A DNA stretch of 16,620 nucleotides, from contig NW_021825143.1 of assembly GCF_006345805.1 (NCBI RefSeq), positions 1 through 16,620 of the forward strand, in the 5' to 3' direction. Source of the DNA: Octopus sinensis (taxonomy: Eukaryota). The position numbers and the translations under genes are program-made. The notes beneath the pieces are model-generated. The model was not told the DNA's origin. It did not search any database and saw nothing but the letters and a program-made list of their open reading frames with translations. This document shows positions 9,301 through 16,620 of this stretch, piece after piece (positions within the stretch are counted from its first letter, which is position 1; each line of letters begins with the position of its first letter).

Positions 9301-12300
9301 CTTAACGGCAGACGAAATACCTATTTCTTTACTACCCACAAGGGGATAAACACAGAGGAGACAAACAAGGACAGACAAATGGATTAAGTCGATTACATAG
9401 ACCTCAGTGCGTAACTGGTACTTAATTTATCGACCCCGAAAGGATGAAAGGCAAGTGGACCTCGGCGGAATTTGAACCAGAACACTTAACCGGCAGACGA
9501 AATACTTATTTCTTTACTACACACAAGGGGCTAAACACAGAGGAGACAACAAGGACAGACAAAGGGATTAAGTCGATTACATCGACCCCAGTGCGTAAGT
9601 GGTACTTAATTTATCGACCCCGAAAGGATGAAAGGCAAGTGGACCTCGGCGGAATTTGAACCGAGAACACTTAACGGCAGACGAAATACCTATTTCTTTA
9701 CTACCCACAAGGGCTAAACACAGAGAGACAAACAAGGACAGACAAAGGGATTAATCGATTACATAGACCCCAGTGCGTAACTGGTACTTAATTTATCGAC
9801 CCCGAAAGGATGGAAGGCAAAGTCGACCTCGGCGGAATTTGAACCCAGAACACTTAACGGCAGACGAAATACCTATTTCTTTACTACGCACAAGGGGCTA
9901 AACACAGAGAGGACAAACAAGGACAGACAAAGGTATTAAGTCGATTACATAGACCTCAGTGCGTAACTGGTACTTAATTTATCGATCCCGAAAGGATGAA
10001 AGGCAAAGTCGATCGGCGGAATTTGAACCCAGAACACTTAACGGCAGACGAAATACCTATTTCTTTACTACCCACAAGGGGCTAAACACAGAGGGGACAA
10101 ACAAGGACAGACAAAGGGATTAAGTCGATTACATAGACCTCAGTGCGTAACTGGTAGTTAATTTATCGATCCCGAAAGCATGAAAGGCAAAGTCGATCGG
10201 CGGAATTTGAACCCAGAACACTTAACGGCAGACGAAATACCTATTTCTTTACTACCCACAAGGGGCTAAACACAGAGGGGACAAACAAGGACAGACAAAG
10301 GGATTAAGTCGATTACAAAGACGCCAGTGCGTAACTGGTACTTAATTTATCGATCCCGAAAGGATGGAAGGCAATGTCGACCTCGGCGGAATTTGAACCA
10401 AGAACACTTAACGGCAGACGAAATACTTATTTATTTACTACCCACAAGGGGCTAAACACAGAGGGGACAAACAAGGACAGACAAAGGGATTAAGTCGATT
10501 ACATCGACCCCAGTGCGTAACTGGTACTTAATTTATCGATCCCGAAAGGATGAAAGGCAAAGTCGATCGGCGGAATTTGAACCCAGAACACTTAACGGCA
10601 GACGAAATACCTATTTCTTTACTACCCACAAGAGGCTAAACACAGAGGGGACAAACAAGGACAGACAAAGGGATTAAGTCGATTACATAGACCTCAGTGC
10701 GTAACTGGTATTTAATTTATCGACCCCGAAACGATGAAAGGCAAAGTCGATCGGCGGAATTTGAACCCAGAACACTTAACGACGGCAGACGAAATACCTA
10801 TTTCTTTACTACTACCCACAAGGGGCTAAACACAGAGGGGACAAACAAGGACAGACAAAGGGATTAAGTCGGTTACATCGACCCCAGTGCGAAACTGGTA
10901 CTTAATTTATCGACCCCGAAAGGATGTAAGGCAAAGTCGACCTCGGCGGAATTTGAACCCAGAACACTTAACGGCAGACGAAATACCTATTTCTTTACTA
11001 CCCACAAGGGGAAAAACACAGAGGGGACAAACAAGGACAGACAAAGGGATTAAGTCGATTACATAGACCTCAGTGCGTAACTGGTACTTAATTTATCGAC
11101 CCCGAAAGGATGAATGGCAAAGTCGATCGGCGGAATTTGAACCCAAACACTTAACGGCAGACGAAATACTTATTTCTTTACTACTCACAAGGGCTAAACA
11201 CAGAGGAGACAAACGGACAGACAAAGGGATTAAGTCGATTACATCGACGCCATGCGTAACTGGTACTTATTAATTTATCGACGCCGAAAGGATGAAAGCA
11301 AAGTGGACCTCGGCGGAATTTGAACCCAGAACACTTAACGGCAGACGAATACCTATTTCTTTACTACCCACAAGGGGCTAAACACAGAGAGACAAACAAG
11401 GACAGATAAAGGGATTAAGTCGATTACATCGACCCCAGTGCGTAACTGGTACTTAATTTATCGACCCCGAAAGGATGAAAGGCAAAGTCGACCTCGGCGG
11501 AATTTGAACCGAGAACACTTAACGGCAGACGAAAACCTATTTCTTTACTACCCACAAGGGCTAAACAGAGGAGGCAAACAAGACAGACAAAGGGATTAAG
11601 TCGATTACATAGACCCCAGTGCGTAACTGGTACTTAATTTATCGACCCCGAAAGGATGGAAGGCAATGTCGACCTCGGCGGAATTTGAACCCAGAACACT
11701 TAACGGCAGACGAAATACCTATTTCTGTAATACCCACAAGGGGCTAAACACAGAGAGGACAAACAAGGACAGTCAAAGGTATTAAGTCGATTACATAGAC
11801 CTCAGTGCGTAACTGGTACTTAATTTATCGATCCCGTAAGGATGAAAGGCAAAGTTAATCGGCGGAATTTGAACCCAGAACACTTAACGGCAGACGAAAT
11901 ACCTATTTCTTTACTACCCACAAGGGGCTAAACCCAGAGGGACAAACAAGGACAGACAAAGGGATTAAGTCGATACATAGACCTCAGTGCGTAACTGGTA
12001 CTTAATTTATCGACCCCGAAAGGATGAAGGCAAAGTCGATCGGCGGAATTTGAACCCAGAACACTTAACGGCAGACGAAATACCTATTTCTTTACTACCC
12101 ACAAGGGGCTAAACACAGAGGGGACAAACAAGGAGACAAAGGGATTAAGTCGATTACATCGACCCCAGTGCGAAACTGGTACTTAATTTATCGACCCCGA
12201 AAGGATGAAAGGCAAAGTCGACCTCGGCGGAATTTGAACCCAGAACACTTAACGGCAGACGAAATACCTATTTCTTTACTACCCACAAGGGGATCAACAC

Positions 12301-14530
12301 AGAGGGGACAAACAAGGACAGACAAAGGGATTAAGTCGATTACATAGACCTCAGTGCGTAACTGGTACTTAATTTATCGACCCCGAAAGGATGAAAGGCA
12401 AAGTCGATCGGCGGAATTTGAACCCAGAACACTTAACGGCAGACGAAATACTTATTTCTTTACTACTCACAAGGGGCTAAACACAGAGGAGACAAACAAG
12501 GACAGACAAAGGGATTAAGTCGATTACATCGACCCCAGTGCGTCACTGGCACTTAATTTATCGACCCCGAAAGGATGAAAGGCAAAGTGGACCTCGGCGG
12601 AATTTGAACCCAGAACACTTAACGGCAGACGAAATACCTATTTCTTTACTACCCACAAGGGGCTAAACACAGAGGAGACAAACAAGGACAGACAAAGGGA
12701 TTAAGTCGATTACATCGACCCCAGTGCGTAACTGGTACTTAATTTATCGACCCCGAAAGGATGAAAGGCAAAGTGGACCTCGGCGGAATTTGAACCGAGA
12801 ACACTTAACGGCAGACGAAATACCTATTTCTTTACTACCCACAAGGGGCTAAACACAGAGGAGACAAACAAGGACAGACAAAGGGATTAAGTCGATTACA
12901 TAGACCCCAGTGCGTAACTGGTACTTAATTTATCGACCCCGAAAGGATGGAAGGCAAAGTCGACCTCGGCGGAATTTGAACCCAGAACACTTAACGGCAG
13001 ACGAAATACCTATTTCTTTACTACCCACAAGCTGCTAAACACAGAGAGGACAAACAAGGACAGACAAAGGTATTAAGTCGATTACATAGACCTCAGTGCG
13101 TAACTGGTAGTTAATTTATCGATCCCGAAAACATGAAAGGCAAAGTCGATCGGCGGAATTTGAACCCAGAACACTTAACGGCAGACGAAATACCTATTTC
13201 TTTACTACCCACAAGGGGCTAAACACAGAGGGGACAAACAAGGACAGACAAAGGGATTAAGTCGATTACATAGACCTCAGTGGTTAACTGGTACTTAATT
13301 TATCGATCCCGAAGTTTGGAAGGAAAAGTCGACCTCGGCGGAAGTTGAACCCAGAACTTAAACGGCAGACGAATACTTTATTTCTTTACTACCCACAAGG
13401 GGCTAAACACAGAGAGGATAAACAAGGACAGACAAAGGGATTAAGTCGATTACATCGACCCCAGTGCGTAACTGGTACTTAATTTATCGATCCCGAAAGG
13501 ATGAAAGGCAAAGTCGATCGGCGGAATTTGAACCCAGAACACTTAACTGCAGACGAAATACCTATTTCTTTACTACCCACAAGGGGCTAAACACAGAGGG
13601 GACAAACAAGGACAGACAAAGGGATTAAGTCGATTACATAGACCTCAGTGCGTGACTGGTACTTAATTTATCGACCCCGAAATGATGAAAGGCAAAGTCG
13701 ATCGGCGGAATTTGAACCCAGAACACTTAACGGCAGACGAAATACCTATTTCTTTACTACCCACAAGGGGCTAAACACAGAGGGGACAAACAAGGACAGA
13801 CAAAGGGATTAAGTCGATTACATCGACCCCAGTGCGAAACTGGTACTTAATTTATCGACCCCGAAAGGATGAAAGCAAAGTCGACCTCGGCGGAATTTGA
13901 ACCCAGAACACTTAACGGCAGACGAAATACCTATTTCTTTACTACCCACAAGGGGCTAAACACAGAGGGGACAAACAAGGACAGACAAAGGGATTAATCG
14001 ATTACATCGACCCCAGTGCGTAACTGGTACTTATTTATCGATCCCGAAAGTGGAAGGCAAAGTCGACCTCGGCGGAATTTGAACCCAGAACACTTAACGG
14101 CAGACGAAATACCTATTCTTTACTACCCACAGGGGCTAAACACAGGGGACAAACAAGGACAGATAAACGGATTAAGTCGATTACATCGACCCCAGTGCGT
14201 AACTGGTACTTAATTTATCGACCCCGAAAGGATGAAAGGCAAAGCGGACCTCGGCTGAATTTGAACCCAGAACACTTAACGGCAGACGAAATACCTATTT
14301 CTTTACTACCCACAAGGAGCTAAACACAAAGGGGACAAACAAGGACAGACAAAGGGATTAAGTCGATTACATCGACCCCAGTGCGTAACTGGTACTTAAT
14401 TCATCGACCCCGAAAGGATGGAAGGCAAATCGACCTCTGCGGAATTTGAACCCAGAACACTTAACGACAGACGAAATACGGCTACGCATTTCGCCCGGCG
14501 TGCTAACCATTCTGCCAGCTCGCCGCCTTC
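6378..14530 (-). repeat. Meta-like SINE-derived satellite: one tRNA head (about 14479-14530) plus 44 tandem bodies of 184-186 bp
   Basis: The + strand consensus TATTTCTTTACTACCCACAAGGGGCTAAAC...GAACACTTAACGGCAGACGAAATACC is 186 nt, and 44 unit starts were counted by eye. It is the reverse complement of the 2031-3381 unit. The head GGCGGCGAGCTGGCAGAATGGTTAGCACGCCGGGCG is present only at the right end. Confidence 0.95.
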
Positions 14531-14543
14531 TAAGTGTTTATAT
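14531..14543 (+). other. Right target-site duplication of the 8.15-kb SINE array
   Basis: TAAGTGTTTATAT matches 6363-6376. Confidence 0.8.
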
Positions 14544-14792
14544 GGCCTAGTGGTTAGAGCAGCAGACTAGTGGTCGTGGGATCGCAGGTTCGAATCTCAG
14601 ACTGGGCGACGTGTGTGTTTATGATCGAAAACACCTAAGCTCCACGCGGCTCCGGCAGAAGGTAATGGCAAAACTTCTGCTGACTCTTTCGCCACAACTT
14701 TCTCTCACTCTTTCCTCCTGCATCTTGCAGCTCACCTGCGATGGACTGGCGTCCCGTCCAGGTGGGGAACCTATACGCCGAGGAAACTGGGA
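14542..14792 (+). mobile_element. tRNA-derived V-like SINE, 3'-truncated
   Basis: A box TGGCCTAGTGG and B box GGTTCGAATCTC. CCTGCGATGGACTGGCGTCCCGTCCAGG resembles the V-SINE domain. Confidence 0.8.
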
Positions 14793-14839
14793 TTGCTAAC
14801 TAACTTAAAAATATTCCTTGTGATGTATGGAGAAGTTTT

Positions 14840-15140
14840 TGTTCGTTCATTCTCGAGCCATCCCTGGCTCATAAGGGCCAGTTTCCCGGTTTCTTGGCGT
14901 ATAGATTCCACACCTGGACGGGACGCCAGTCCATCGCTGGTGAGCTGCAATATGCAGGAGGAAAGATGAGAGAAAGTTGTGGGCGAAAGAGTCAGCGGAA
15001 GTTCGCCACTTCCTTCTGCCGGAGCCACGTGGAGCTTAGGTGTTTTCGCTCATAAATACACACATCGCTCGCTCTGAGATTCGAACCCGCGATCCCTCGA
15101 CCGCAGGTTCACTGCTCTAACCAATAGGCCATGTGCCTCC
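14840..15140 (-). mobile_element. Full-length V-like SINE, inverted relative to 14542-14792
   Basis: Minus strand GGAGGCACATGGCCTATTGGTTAGAGCAG...GGGTTCGAATCTC...GATGGACTGGCGTCCCGTCCAGG...TATGAGCCAGGGATGGCTCGAGAATGAACGAAC. Confidence 0.85.
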
Positions 15141-15154
15141 ATTTATATATATAT

Positions 15155-15348
15155 TGTTTGTTTGTTCCTTCTCGAGTCATCCCTGGCTCATAAGGGCCGG
15201 TTTCCCAGTTTCCTCGGCGTATAGGTTCCCCACCTGGACGGGACGCCAGTCCATCGCAGGTGAGCTGCAAGATACAGGAGGAAAGAGTGAGAGAAAGTTG
15301 TGGCAAAAGAGTCAGCAGAAGTTTGCCATTATCTTCTGCCGGAGCCAC
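15155..15348 (-). mobile_element. 5'-truncated V-like SINE with (AAAC)n tail
   Basis: Matches 14840-15028. Confidence 0.85.
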
Positions 15349-15406
15349 TTTTACTTGGTTCAAACATACGTATATAGACACACATCAACCAAGTCACATC
15401 AACCAT

Positions 15407-15761
15407 AGGGGTAGGAGTGGCTGTGTGGTAAGTAGCTTGCTTACCAGCCACGTGGTTCCGGGTTCAGTCCTACTGCGTGGCACCTTGGGCAAGTGTCTTC
15501 TACTATAGCCTCGGGCCGACCAAAGCCTTGTGAGTGGATTTAGTAGACGGAAACTGAAAGAAGCCCGTCGTATATATGTATATAGGCGTAGGAGTGGCTG
15601 TGTGGTATGTCTCTTGCTTACCAACCACATGGGTCGGGTTCAGTCCCACTGCGTGGCATCTCGGGCAAGTGTCTTCTGCTATAGCCCGCGCCGACGACTA
15701 ATGCCTTGTGAGTGGATTTGGTAGACGGGTACTGAAAGAAGGCTGTTGTATATATAATATA

Positions 15762-15792
<31 letters not shown>

Positions 15793-16370
15793 GCGCAGGA
15801 GTGGCTGTGTGGTAAGTAGCTTGCTTACCAACCACATGGCTGGTTCTGGGTTCAGTCCCACTGTATGGCACCTTGGGCAATTGTCTTCTACTATAGCCTC
15901 GGGCGACCCCAAAGCCTTGTGAGTGGACTTAGTAGACGGAAACTGAAAGAAGCCCGTCGTATATATGTATATAGGCGTAGGAGTGGCTGTGTCGTATGTC
16001 TCTTGCTTACCAACAAAATGGGTCGGGTTCAGTCTCACTGCGTGGCACCTTGGGCAAGTGTCTTCTACTATAGCCTCGGGCCGACCAATGCCTTGTGAGT
16101 GAATTTGGCAGACGGAAACTGAAAGAAGCCTGTCGTATATATGTATATATATATGTGTGTATATGTGTTTGTGTGTCTGTGTTTGTCCCCCTAGCATTGC
16201 TTGACAACCGATGCTGGTGTGTTTACGTCCCCGTAAATTAGCGGTTCGGCAAAAGACACCGATAGAATAAGTACTGGGCTTACAAAGAATAAGTCCCGGG
16301 GTCGATTTGCTCGACTAAAAAGGCGGTGCTCCAGCATGGCCGCAGTCAAATGACTGAAACAAGTAAAGAC
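15407..16370 (+). mobile_element. Tandem cluster of the CORE-like SINE: three 5' halves (about 15407, 15584, 15792) plus one full-length copy (about 15974-16370)
   Basis: Same sequence as 83-915, with units joined through (TA)n. Possible degenerate TSD: AAGTCACATCAACC (15391) and AAGTCAGATAACC (16372). Confidence 0.9.
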
Positions 16371-16549
16371 TAAGTCAGATAACCCCAAACTCTCAGCGTC
16401 TGTTTTAAACATGAAAGATGAAAGTTTTCCTGATAAAGGTTCAATTTTGAAAATAAAGGGATATAACTGAACGTCGTAAGGAAGTTTTTTTGCTAGGTAT
16501 TCTCCCTTGAACCCGAAATGACCCTCTTGTAAATTTAGTTCGATTGTTG

Positions 16550-16620
16550 TACTCTTTACTCTTTTACTCTTTTATTTGTTTCAATCATTTGACTGCGGCC
16601 ATGCTGGAGCACCGACTTTA
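16550..16620 (-). mobile_element. 3' tail of another CORE-like SINE copy running off the window
   Basis: Reverse complement of the tail at 16316-16370, with repeated ACTCTTTT. Confidence 0.85.

Noticed and set aside
6378-14530. CRISPR-like array or repeat-encoded protein
   Set aside because: Units are contiguous 186-bp near-identical copies with no unique spacers and no cas genes, in a eukaryotic context. The short ORFs are recurring translations of the repeat broken by stops.
6378-14530. Hammerhead ribozyme or retrozyme in the monomer
   Set aside because: No CUGANGA core was seen on either strand of the consensus. An Infernal/Rfam search would be needed to exclude other ribozymes.
14542-14610. 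tRNA genes here and at 1860-1933, 2031-2120 and 15065-15140
   Set aside because: A and B boxes are present, but there is no clean cloverleaf and the sequences continue into SINE bodies. They are SINE heads.

Overview
Eukaryotic, repeat-saturated intronic DNA, most likely from an Octopus-type cephalopod (inferred from the SINE repertoire and the AT/GAT microsatellites). The only host coding sequence is one internal exon of a doublecortin-like (DCLK-type) Ser/Thr kinase (6232-6361, +), which carries small frameshifting indels. Everything else is retroposon-derived: four tRNA-headed SINE families (CORE-like, Meta-like, V-like and a sister of the V-like family), a short element with an RTE-like tail, and decayed RTE and CR1/L2 LINE fragments. 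The dominant structure is a pair of inverted 'one tRNA head + n x 186-bp body' SINE arrays flanking the exon: 7 units on + (2031-3381) and 44 units on - (6378-14530). The 8.15-kb array is bounded by a single target-site duplication that overlaps the exon's splice donor, and it shows higher-order (12-mer and 7-mer) periodicity. Almost every retroelement here is locally multimerised in units of about 140-200 bp. The sequence looks like a noisy long-read consensus, so single-base details are uncertain.
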